Shown here: piece after piece, positions 10,004 through 19,210 of the stretch | How positions within the stretch are numbered: position 1 is the stretch's first letter | Layout: every line of letters begins with the position of its first letter | Origin: an uncultured Chthonomonadaceae bacterium | GTDB taxonomy: Bacteria > Armatimonadota > Chthonomonadetes > Chthonomonadales > Chthonomonadaceae | NCBI GenBank assembly: GCA_963817895.1 | Contig: CAWFQB010000002.1 | Coordinates: forward strand, 288,001 to 352,000 | Direction: 5' to 3' | DNA: 64,000 nt | Notes under the pieces: generated by a model | The model's database searches: none | What the model was told of the DNA's origin: nothing | What the model saw: the letters and a program-made list of their open reading frames with translations, nothing else | Translations under genes and position numbers: made by a program

Positions 10004-10501
10004 TCACTCGGTAATATCTCGCCACTGACTGAACAAAGCCGCCTGTCCGTATGGCTGTTGGTTTTCATCCGTCAGCGTCCATACAGTCGCGTTTTCGATC
10101 CAGAAACGCCGCCCGTTCTTGGCGATGCGAACGCCCCTGTAATCATCAATATACCCCTGCGCCCGAACCTTCTCGAACAGTCGGGCGCGTTCCGGCTGGT
10201 GCAGAGGTTCCGCAGACAGGCGCGATTGCAGGCGCGTAAACTCCTCCCATGGCATTGAAAACAATTGCAAAGCCGTCTGGTTGCCGTAGTTGAAGACAGG
10301 TTCCTCGCCCCCGGGAGCGGCATTGTGCGAAACAAGCGCAAAGGGAGCCGTCCAGATTTGCCGCGCCTGCTCGTGGGGCGGCAGCGTGGAATCAATCCCC
10401 ATTACGTCGCGTCCCAACAATTGGCGGTAGCTGTTCAGCATCCGCGTAATGTGCGGCGCAAGCCATCCATTTGCCTCGGACGGTTCCTCCCATTGAAACA
10501 T
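10004..10501 (-). CDS. Stand-alone MEKHLA (PAS-like) domain protein
   Basis: SYRQLLGR, APFALVSH, FNYGNQTALQLF, SRLSAE, YRGVRIAKNGRRFWIENATVW, GQAALF. Confidence 0.88.
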   Translation of the reverse strand: MFQWEEPSEANGWLAPHITRMLNSYRQLLGRDVMGIDSTLPPHEQARQIWTAPFALVSHNAAPGGEEPVFNYGNQTALQLFSMPWEEFTRLQSRLSAEPLHQPERARLFEKVRAQGYIDDYRGVRIAKNGRRFWIENATVWTLTDENQQPYGQAALFSQWRDITE

Positions 10502-10598
10502 CGTAACAATTCCCCTGTCAGGTACAATAGAAGCACATAGGTTTGCCGCAGAAGCGCGCAAGTTTGTCGTTTTCACCAGTATACGAAAGACCAAGATT

Positions 10599-11984
10599 AT
10601 GATTACCCGCATCGAAATTGACGGCTTTAAGACATTTCAGAATTTCGCCGTAGACCTCGCGCCTTTTCAGGTCATCATCGGCGCGAACGGCTGCGGCAAA
10701 AGCAACTTCTTCGACGCGCTCGACCTGCTTTCCAAACTCGCAACTTCAGACGCGCGAACTGCCTTCAAAAGCATACGGGGTGATATAAACGAACTGTTCA
10801 CCATTCTTCCCGATAACCAATCCACCAAGCGAATGCGCTTTGTTGTTGAAATGATTGTCAACACTCCAGTGTCAGACGAACTCAACCAAGAGAGCAACCT
10901 GCAATTTTTCCAAATGCGGTACGAAATAGAGGTTCGACAACACACTACACAAGATGGCCTTGAACAGTTATATATTCATGAGGAACGTTTGTTAGGAAAA
11001 TCTATATCCATTAAGGATTGGCAACTTCGCCATACCTTTAACTTTCAAGATGAAACGCGCTTTGAGGAAAATAGTATTTCCGAATGGCTGCGAATACAGA
11101 ATGTTCCTTTCAAATTCATACGCAATGCTAAATTGAATAACATCAAGTGGTTAGTTGATGCGAACGTCTCGCTCAACGTAGAAGGTTTTATAGCAAAGTC
11201 ATTACTTAATTCCCATGGCGACCTTACTCCTGCTTCAAAGGCTGTACAGCAAGAACTACAAAGCCTTCGTCTGTTACGTCTTGACACTCAGGTGTTGCGC
11301 AAACAGAGTAGTTTTGTAGATGAACCTTTCATGTCAAATGAAGGGGGGAATCTTCCTGCTGTTTTGGCGCGGATGCAGATGCAAGATAAACTTTCGCTCA
11401 AAGATGTTTCTCGGGATGTTTTCAACATCGTGCCTAACTTTGAAAACATCGAAGTGGACAGAGATGAGGGGCGCAAACTGATTTCGCTTTACGCCAATAT
11501 GCGGGATAAACGACGCTTCTCCATCAATGCGCTGTCAGAGGGTACACTGCGCATACTGGCTCTTGCGACCCTGCGTAACGATCCGCAGTTGCAGGGAACG
11601 CTATGCTTTGAAGACCCGGAAATGGGCGTTCATCCCGGCGCGCTCAAGCGTATTGTGAAACTTTTGCGTGAAATGTCAACCGACCTGAATGATCCTGAAG
11701 ATTTAGAATTCCCGCTGCGTCAGGTACTCGTAACAACACACTCCCCGGAACTCGTCAGCCATCTGAAAGTCGCGGCGGGTGAACTGCTGTTTGCTGTGAT
11801 GCCTACGCGCTTGGTGCCGGGGGAGGCAGACCGGCAGGTGACGCTGATAATGCCTGTTGGACAGGATGTAGAAGGGGATAAAGCCGCCAAATCTTATACG
11901 CTCAATCAAGTCTTCAAATACTTGAACAACGCGGATTATCAGGCTATGCGAGACAATCTGCGGAAGGCGGCGTTTAATGGCTGA
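10599..11984 (+). CDS. ABC-type AAA ATPase (AAA_21/AAA_15-like)
   Basis: Walker A GANGCGKSN, signature LSEGTLR, Walker B-like CFEDPEMGVHP, TTHSP; low GC. Confidence 0.88.
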   Translation: MITRIEIDGFKTFQNFAVDLAPFQVIIGANGCGKSNFFDALDLLSKLATSDARTAFKSIRGDINELFTILPDNQSTKRMRFVVEMIVNTPVSDELNQESNLQFFQMRYEIEVRQHTTQDGLEQLYIHEERLLGKSISIKDWQLRHTFNFQDETRFEENSISEWLRIQNVPFKFIRNAKLNNIKWLVDANVSLNVEGFIAKSLLNSHGDLTPASKAVQQELQSLRLLRLDTQVLRKQSSFVDEPFMSNEGGNLPAVLARMQMQDKLSLKDVSRDVFNIVPNFENIEVDRDEGRKLISLYANMRDKRRFSINALSEGTLRILALATLRNDPQLQGTLCFEDPEMGVHPGALKRIVKLLREMSTDLNDPEDLEFPLRQVLVTTHSPELVSHLKVAAGELLFAVMPTRLVPGEADRQVTLIMPVGQDVEGDKAAKSYTLNQVFKYLNNADYQAMRDNLRKAAFNG

Positions 11985-12666
11985 CTTGCCTCTCCGACTC
12001 GCCCTCTTTTATGAAGGGAACTCGGACCGCCATTTCCTGCCAACGCTGATATATCGTACTGTAGATAAAATTCGTAAGGGCCGGACACCCTATGAATTAG
12101 ATATTTACGACGTAGAGGTTGTAAATGAGTGGAGTGGGCTACCGTCTTTATCAGGAGCGTACCGAAATCGCGTTCTGGAAGGGGCGCGGCGGGCGTTCGG
12201 ATACGATGCGCTGGTCATTCATCGGGATGCGGATAGTTCGGGACGTAATGCCGCTCTGGATCGCTACATAGAACCCGCAAAGGCGCTTGTAAACGGCAGT
12301 CAGGAGGCGGTCTGCAAAACCCTGATACCAATTATTCCCATTCGCAGCATCGAAGCATGGATGCTTGCCGACGCGAATGCCCTGCACACTGTCACGGAAA
12401 CAAACATACGCCCGGAACAGTTAGGGCTTCCCGCAACGCCGCAACAGGTAGAAAGCGTTCATAAACCTAAAGACGCTTTACGACAGGCGATTGAAACGGC
12501 GCGGGGCAGCAGGCGGCGCGGACGGCGGGAAATGGACATCAACGATTTATACGCCGACCTTGCGCAGCAGATCAACTTATCCCTGCTGGAACAGGTTCCC
12601 TCCTACAAGCAATTCTGTGAAGACGTAGAGCAGACACTTATCCAACTGAATAAAATCACCCCTTGA
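11977..12666 (+). CDS. DUF4276-like TOPRIM-fold protein, partner of the upstream ATPase
   Basis: YEGNSD (ExxxD), HRDAD (DxD), SIEAWMLAD, KPKDAL, PSYKQF; overlaps the ATPase stop codon. Confidence 0.72.
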   Translation: MADLPLRLALFYEGNSDRHFLPTLIYRTVDKIRKGRTPYELDIYDVEVVNEWSGLPSLSGAYRNRVLEGARRAFGYDALVIHRDADSSGRNAALDRYIEPAKALVNGSQEAVCKTLIPIIPIRSIEAWMLADANALHTVTETNIRPEQLGLPATPQQVESVHKPKDALRQAIETARGSRRRGRREMDINDLYADLAQQINLSLLEQVPSYKQFCEDVEQTLIQLNKITP

Positions 12667-12685
12667 TGCCACGCGAGAACTTTCT

Positions 12686-13612
12686 ATGACAAACGACAAT
12701 CGGGAAGACAACGCTATTTTTGAATCGTTGCGGAACGTCGGGCTGAGTGAAAACGCGCGGCTTCATTCGACGGGAATTGCCGCGCATCAACAGCGATTGG
12801 AAGCCGGACAGGTGAGCGGCAAAACTCTGGCTCGGTATGCCGCTGACCTGCGCGTTATATCCGATCTGTCAAAGGCAGCAGGCGCGGATGTGCCGCTGGA
12901 TTTTTGGGACGCGCGAACTCCGGCAATGCAGGCGGTGGAATTGGATGAGTACGCGCTTGTCAACGCGCTGGCGGCAAACCCCTATCGGCCCTACGTGTCG
13001 TTTCTGGCGCGTTGTTACGGGCATCTCGCGGCCTTCAAGCAGGACGCGCAGACAACGGCGGTTGCCACAATCCTGAACCTGCTGCGTGAAAGCGTCCTTT
13101 ATGTACAGGGCGAACACCCGCGCCCCATGACCACGCTGCGCCCCCGTCTTTCGCCCGAACAGCAGGCGATTTTCCTCTGGCAGCAGGTCACGACGGGAAC
13201 CAACCGACAGGTTCCCTACCTCCATCGGGACGCTTATACCCACTCCTACTGGGGCCGTTTCAATGTCGTGGAGATGTGGCACTACCACCTCAACAACGAG
13301 ATCGGCGTGGACGCCACATGGGGTTTGTCCGGCTTCCATCCAGATTATGTCCGCGACCCCGCCAACACCAACCAGATTGAACATGCCGTCATCAGCGCCC
13401 TGTCGCAAAAAATTCTGCGCATGCCCCTGTTCGCCCTCAACGCGCTGGAAGACGCGCAATGGGTGATGCGCGAGTCCAGCCTGGAATCCGCCCGCGCTGA
13501 CCAGTCCGTGAACCGCGCCGTTGCCCGCCACTTCCTGCCCCTGTTCACCCTGCAAAACGCGCAAGCCGCCTGTGATAGTCTTGAACATGCTCTTTCGCGC
13601 CCTCCCCGCTAA
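12686..13612 (+). CDS. Hypothetical protein
   Basis: 308 aa ORF starting 19 bp after the TOPRIM-like gene; host-like codon usage; SGFxxxxxRDxxxxNQxxH segment. Confidence 0.7.
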   Translation: MTNDNREDNAIFESLRNVGLSENARLHSTGIAAHQQRLEAGQVSGKTLARYAADLRVISDLSKAAGADVPLDFWDARTPAMQAVELDEYALVNALAANPYRPYVSFLARCYGHLAAFKQDAQTTAVATILNLLRESVLYVQGEHPRPMTTLRPRLSPEQQAIFLWQQVTTGTNRQVPYLHRDAYTHSYWGRFNVVEMWHYHLNNEIGVDATWGLSGFHPDYVRDPANTNQIEHAVISALSQKILRMPLFALNALEDAQWVMRESSLESARADQSVNRAVARHFLPLFTLQNAQAACDSLEHALSRPPR

Positions 13613-13830
13613 CCTCAGGTTCTGCAACCTTTTTCCTGTCATAAATGTCCATAGCAAAGGCAATGATTTCAATTTGCCGGGTGTTGAAAACCTGTTTGAA
13701 TGTGGCGTTCCGCGTAGGCACAAACATGTTATGTGCCTACGGACGCGAGAGACTGTAAACAAAGAATTGCGTCCGTAGGACGCTTGGCCGCAGGCCATGT
13801 AGACAGGGGTTTTCAACCCCTGGCGCAAAC

Positions 13831-16625
13831 ATGTCCGGGGAGTACACTTCTATCGAACCTGAACTTTCTAACGAATCGCTTGTTGAAACCGCCTCTGCTG
13901 TGCCTCCCTACGCTATTGAACTGCCCGATTTCTGCGTGGTCGTCTTAATCGGCGTATCGGGAAGCGGCAAAAGCACGTTTGCGCGTCGGCACTTTCTGCC
14001 GAGTGAAGTGTTTTCTTCGGATGCGTTCCGCGCCCTTGTCAGCGACGACGAAAACGATCAGGGCGCCACTCGCGACGCTTTTGCCGCGTTGCACTATCTG
14101 GCCGACATTCGTCTGCGGCGGCGTAAACTGGTCGTGATTGACGCTACCAATGTACAGGCAGAATCGCGCAAGCCCCTGCTGGAACTGGCTGCCGCGCATG
14201 ACTGCCTGTGCGTCGCGCTTGTGCTGGATGTGCCGGAGCGGGTTTGTCAGGAGCGCAACCGCCTGCGCCCGGATCGGCAGTTCGGCCCGCATGTCGTCGC
14301 CAATCAGCACCGCCAGTTCCGCCAATCATTGCGCAATCTGAAGCGCGAAGGGTTTCGCTACGTCCACATTCTTGCCCCGCCGCAGATCGAAACCGCGCAA
14401 ATGACCCGCGTACCCCTGTGGACGGACCGGCGAACCGAACACGGCCCGTTCGACATCATTGGCGACGTACACGGCTGCTATGACGAACTGACCCAATTGC
14501 TGACCCAACTCGGCTACAAGCCCACCCCGGACACAACAGACGTTCCAATGAATGAAGAACCGAACGCAGGAACGCCGCAAACAGAAACCCCATTCGCAAG
14601 CGGCGTATGGCGGCATCCCGAAGCGCGGCGCGTTATCTTTCTCGGCGATCTCGTGGATCGCGGGCCGAAAGTGGTGGAAGCGGTCAACCTTGTACGAAAT
14701 ATGGTACGGGCGGGAACAGCTCTGTGCGTCCCCGGCAACCACGACAACAAACTGATGCGCGCGTTAAAAGGAAACCGTGTACAGGTGTCACACGGATTGA
14801 CCGAAAGTTTGGAACAGATCGAGAAACTGCCCACAGCCGAACAAGCCGCGTTCAAGCGGGATTATATTGCCTTCGCGGACGCGCTTGTCTCGCATTTGTG
14901 GCTGGACGAGGGCACCCTCTGCGTGGCTCACGCGGGCATGAAGGAGGCGTATATCGGGCGGGCGTCCGGGCGGGTACGCGAATTTGCTTTGTACGGCGAT
15001 ACAACCGGCGAAACAGATGAGTTCGGCATGCCCATCCGCTACCCGTGGGCGCAGGAATACCGGGGCCGAACATCTGTCATTTACGGCCACACGCCCATTC
15101 CTCAACCCGAATGGCTCAACAACACCCTCAATCTGGACACCGGCTGCGTGTTCGGCGGCAAACTCACCGCCCTACGCTGGCCCGAACGCGAACTGGTACA
15201 GGTAGACGCGCTGGCGATGTATGCGGAACCTGTCAATAGAAAAGAAGAAAAGGAGAAAAGGAGAAGAGGAGAAGAGGAGATTCTGGGAACAGGAGAGGAG
15301 TCCCTATCAACTATCAACCATCAACTACCGGCTGACTCATCCTTCATCCTTCATCCTTCATCCTTGTCCTTGCAGTGGCAGCACGACGAACTGTTGCGGG
15401 CGGAAGACGTGCTGGGCAAGCGGGTAGTGGAAACGCGGCTGCTGTCGCATGTCGTCATTCCCGCCGCCAATGCCGCAGCCGCGCTGGAAGTGATGAGCCG
15501 GTTCGCGCTGGAACCGCGCTGGCTGCCGTATCTGCCGCCTACCATGTCGCCGTGCGAAACCGCGCCGAGGGTTTGTATCTGGAGCGTCCACAGGAGGCGT
15601 TCGCGTACTATCGCAGTCAGGGCGTTGCGCAGGTGATATGTCAGCGCAAGCACATGGGCAGTCGGGCTATCGTGGTTGTGTGCCGGGATGAGATGTCGCC
15701 CGGCTGCGATTCGGCGCGACGGACGGCACAACGGGAGTCTGCTACACGCGCACCGGGCGGCAATTCTTTGACAATGCCGATTGGAACACAACCCTGCTTG
15801 CCGAAGTCAACCGCGCGTTGACCGGGGCGGGCTTCTGGGAGGAGTTTGCTACCGATTGGGTATGTCTGGATTGCGAACTGATGCCATGGAACGCCAAAGC
15901 GCAGGGATTATTGCGCGAACAGTACGCGCCTGTCGGCGCGGCGGCGAAACTCTCCTTGCGGCAGGCAGTGGAAACAGCGGAACAGGGCGCGAGCGCGCGG
16001 GCTGGATTTGAACGAACTGGTCACGACCCTGCAGGGGAGGCAGGAAGACGTTGTTCGCTACACTGCCGCTTATGGACACTATTGCTGGAATGTGGCGGGC
16101 GTTGCGGATTTGCGGCTGGCCCCGTTTCATCTGCTGGCAACGGAGGGCCGAACCTATTTCGACCGGACGCATACATGGCATGTGGAAACGCTTGCCCGTC
16201 TTGCCGCGCATAGCGATCTGTTCACGCCAACGGAAACGCGCGTTGTCGAACTTGACGACGAAACTTCCCAACGCGAAGCCACAGATTGGTGGGAGGAACT
16301 GACGGGCGCGGGCGGCGAAGGCATGGTGGTGAAGCCGCAGGACTGGATCGCGCGCGGCCCGAAAGGACTGGCGCAGCCCGCGGTAAAAGTGCGCGGGCGC
16401 GAGTACCTGCGCATCATCTACGGCCCGGAATACACGGAACCCGCCAACCTGATTCGCCTGCGGCAGCGCGGATTGGGAACCAAGCGCAGCCTCGCCATGC
16501 GCGAATTCTCCCTCGGCGTGGAGGGATTGGAACGGTTCGTCCGGCGCGAACCCCTGCGTCGGGTTCACGAGTGCGTGTTCGGCGTCCTCGCGCTGGAAAG
16601 CGAACCGGTTGATCCACGCCTCTGA
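13831..16625 (+). CDS. pnkp: Bacterial polynucleotide kinase-phosphatase-ligase (Pnkp), split by three apparent frameshifts
   Basis: Kinase GVSGSGKST/DATN; metallophosphatase GDVHG, GDLVDRG, GNHD, GHT, DTGC; ligase YLPPTMSP, QRKHMGSR, DCELMPW, EGMVVKP, VKVRGREYLRIIYG, C-terminal EPVDPRL. Frame changes at about 15567, 15691 and 15986, all at short G runs. Confidence 0.92.
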
Positions 16626-16676
16626 TACAGGAGAAAGGAGAAAGGAGAAAGGAAAAAGCCTCCGCCCAACAAGAAC

Positions 16677-16722
16677 CCCCTTCTCCCAGGCTTTTTGGGA
16701 GAAGGGGGCAGGGGGTTGAGGG
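16677..16722. repeat. CCCCTTCTCCC REP-like hairpin, copy 3
   Basis: ccccttctcccaggctttttgggagaagggggcagggggttgaggg between convergent genes. Confidence 0.7.
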
Positions 16723-16733
16723 CTACTAAAGGT

Positions 16734-17465
16734 CTATTTTGTATCCTCTTTCCACAGCGCCACAATTTGCGGGTGGAGGATAGCCGTCCATTCCGTGTAG
16801 CCTTTGGCGTTGAGATGCAGGCCATCCGCACGCAGGATTTCGGGCTGCGGCTTGCCCTCCGCGCTGAGAAAGCGGGCGTGGGAGTCCAGATAGGTCAATT
16901 TCAACGGCTTGGAAGCGGCATCCTGAATATAATCATGTATCAGGCGGTTCGCTTCCAAAATTTTGGCCTCCTGTTTCCAGCGGGCCACGCTCGGATTGAT
17001 GGAGATATAAACAATGCGCGTGTCGGGCAGCGCGGCATGCGCCTTGTTGACAAACGCCTGAAAATCCTTCAAGACCTGCATTGGCGACTTGCCGTTGCTG
17101 ATGTCGTTTGTACCCGCGTACAGGACAATCATCTTCGGCTTGTAGGGGATGGCGATACGATCCGCGTAGCGTACGCTATCCGCAATCTCCGAACCGCCAA
17201 AGCCGCGATTCAGGACGGGGAGTTCAGGAAAATCCTGCGCCACAGTCGTCCAGAAACGGATGCTCGAACTGCCGATAAACAGTACGCCCCCCGGCATGGG
17301 CGGGTTCTTCTTGTCCGCCGCCTCGAAAGCCAGTATTTCCGACTCGAATGGCGCTTTTGCCTGCGTTGGCGCGGCTGCCGGGGACGCGGGAGCGACAACT
17401 CCCTGTCCCAACACCGGTAAGGCCAGCGCCATCCCTATCAGACTGCATATAACGGTTGATTTCAT
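16734..17465 (-). CDS. Secreted SGNH/GDSL hydrolase
   Basis: Signal peptide; GSSSIRFW, NRGFGGS, GTND, DGLH blocks. Confidence 0.88.
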   Translation of the reverse strand: MKSTVICSLIGMALALPVLGQGVVAPASPAAAPTQAKAPFESEILAFEAADKKNPPMPGGVLFIGSSSIRFWTTVAQDFPELPVLNRGFGGSEIADSVRYADRIAIPYKPKMIVLYAGTNDISNGKSPMQVLKDFQAFVNKAHAALPDTRIVYISINPSVARWKQEAKILEANRLIHDYIQDAASKPLKLTYLDSHARFLSAEGKPQPEILRADGLHLNAKGYTEWTAILHPQIVALWKEDTK

Positions 17466-17486
17466 CCTTTTTCCTCCAACTATCAA

Positions 17487-18122
17487 CTATTTCGTTTCCC
17501 GCGTCCCGTCCTTGTACGGGTACATCCGCTCAAGCACTCTGGGAAGTTCGTTATTCACGAAGTCGCGGGAATCAATGTTCTCAAAAAATGGGGCTGTCTT
17601 TTCCGCGAGAACCAGATGCGCGAGGCCATGCAGCGTAGACAAAGCGCAGAAGGTGTCGGCAGCATCCTCGAACCGACTCAGGTCTACATCCGGCCTGCCG
17701 TGATAGGCGGCAATCGCAAGACTGAGACGCATGCCGGGCTTGATGCTGACTTCGGGATAGCGGGAATCCATCCGGTTCACGAGATCATTCCGAAACATCA
17801 GACGGAAGTGGCCGGGGTGGTCAACAGCAAAGGTGACAAACGCGAGACTCAGGGCGCGCGCGTCCGCAACGACATCGTCCGAATGTCCCGCTTCCTCAAT
17901 GTACTGACCAGCCCTTTCAAACGCCAAAAGAGCCACTTCGGTAAGCAGTCCCTTCGCGCTCCCGAAGTGATGCGCCGGAGCGGCCGGAGACACGCCCGCG
18001 CGCTGCGCGGCGGCGCGAAGCGAGAAAGCTTCAATGCCGCCCTCGGCGATAATAGCATCCGCCGCTTGAATCAGGGCCGCGCGCAGGTCGCCGTGATGGT
18101 AGGTTGATCTTTCCTTAGGCAT
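17487..18122 (-). CDS. TetR/AcrR family regulator (WHG-type C-terminus)
   Basis: YHHGDLRAALI, FSLRAAAQRAGVSPAAPAHHF HTH, STLHGLA. Confidence 0.9.
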   Translation of the reverse strand: MPKERSTYHHGDLRAALIQAADAIIAEGGIEAFSLRAAAQRAGVSPAAPAHHFGSAKGLLTEVALLAFERAGQYIEEAGHSDDVVADARALSLAFVTFAVDHPGHFRLMFRNDLVNRMDSRYPEVSIKPGMRLSLAIAAYHGRPDVDLSRFEDAADTFCALSTLHGLAHLVLAEKTAPFFENIDSRDFVNNELPRVLERMYPYKDGTRETK

Positions 18123-18130
18123 TTGGCAAC

Positions 18131-18186
18131 TTTATCTTGACAGTGTTCATATTTATCTTGACACTGTTCAAATAGGCGGGTATACT
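18131..18186 (+). promoter_or_regulatory. Sigma70 promoter of the SDR gene overlapped by tandem TetR operator-like repeats
   Basis: TTGACA (18158) - 17 bp - TATACT (18181); direct repeat tttatcttgaca(g/c)tgttca x2, each an imperfect palindrome. Confidence 0.75.
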
Positions 18187-18261
18187 TGGCGTGAGTGAAC
18201 CTGATAGTACCACATTATCACGCGCTCGAACTCACTGCCCTGAACAGATACGGAGAATCAC

Positions 18262-19092
18262 ATGGATAGCAAAGTATGGTTTATCACCGGCGCGTCTCGC
18301 GGTTTTGGGCGCATCTGGGCCGAAGCCGCGCTCCTGCGAGGCGACAGGGTCGCGGCAACCGCCCGCAAAATGGCGGACGTGGCCGATTTGAAGGAGCGTT
18401 TCGGCGACGCCGTTCTCCCGCTGGCGCTTGATGTGACGGATGCCGATCAGGTGCGGCAGGCCGTTGAGCAGGCGCACACGCACTTCGGCAGGCTGGACGT
18501 TGTCCTCAACAACGCCGGGTACAGTCTGGTCGGCACGGTTGAGGAAGCGAGTGAGGCGGACGTCCGCGCTGAGTTTGATACAAACTACTTCGGCGCGCTT
18601 CGCGTCATTCAAGCCGCCCTGCCTCTGTTGCGGCAGCAGGGCAGCGGACACATACTCGGCGTATCGAGTACCCTGGGCCATGTGGCGTTCCCGCTCATCG
18701 GCCACTACTGCGCCTCTAAATGGGCCTTTGAGGCGCTCCACGAAAGCTTGGCGCAAGAGGTCAAGCCTTTCGGCATTGCGGTTACGCTGATCGAACCCGG
18801 CGCGTACGCGACCGAGTTTGGAAGCCCTGCGTCGCTGAAGATCGCGCCGGGCCTTGATGCCTATGCCGAGTTGCGGCAACAGGTTTTTGGGCGTCTATCG
18901 AGCGCGGAACGCGGCGAACCGGAAGCGACCGCCGAAGCCGTTCTCAAGATCGTGGACGCGGAAAATCCACCGTTGCGCCTTATGCTCGGCAACACAGGCT
19001 TGCCTGTAGTTCGCGCAGCCTATGCCGACCGTCTCGCCACCTGGGAAGCATGGGAGGCCGTCTCGAATGCCGCGCAAGGCGTATCGCGGTAG
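18262..19092 (+). CDS. SDR family oxidoreductase
   Basis: KVWFITGASRGFG, NNAG, YCASK, IEPG. Confidence 0.92.
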   Translation: MDSKVWFITGASRGFGRIWAEAALLRGDRVAATARKMADVADLKERFGDAVLPLALDVTDADQVRQAVEQAHTHFGRLDVVLNNAGYSLVGTVEEASEADVRAEFDTNYFGALRVIQAALPLLRQQGSGHILGVSSTLGHVAFPLIGHYCASKWAFEALHESLAQEVKPFGIAVTLIEPGAYATEFGSPASLKIAPGLDAYAELRQQVFGRLSSAERGEPEATAEAVLKIVDAENPPLRLMLGNTGLPVVRAAYADRLATWEAWEAVSNAAQGVSR

Positions 19093-19210
19093 ATGATGCT
19101 CTGAGAGGCGCAGGGGCGGCAGGGCTTTATCAACTTGCGCCCCTCCGTGTTGCTTCAGCCGTTTCGACTTCATGCGCGAACCTCAATAACCGTTTACATA
19201 TAGGAAGTTG

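Noticed and set aside
13751..13760. GACTGTAAAC match to the CRISPR repeat (possible anti-repeat or mini-array)
   Set aside because: Only 10 bp with no flanking similarity; compatible with chance.
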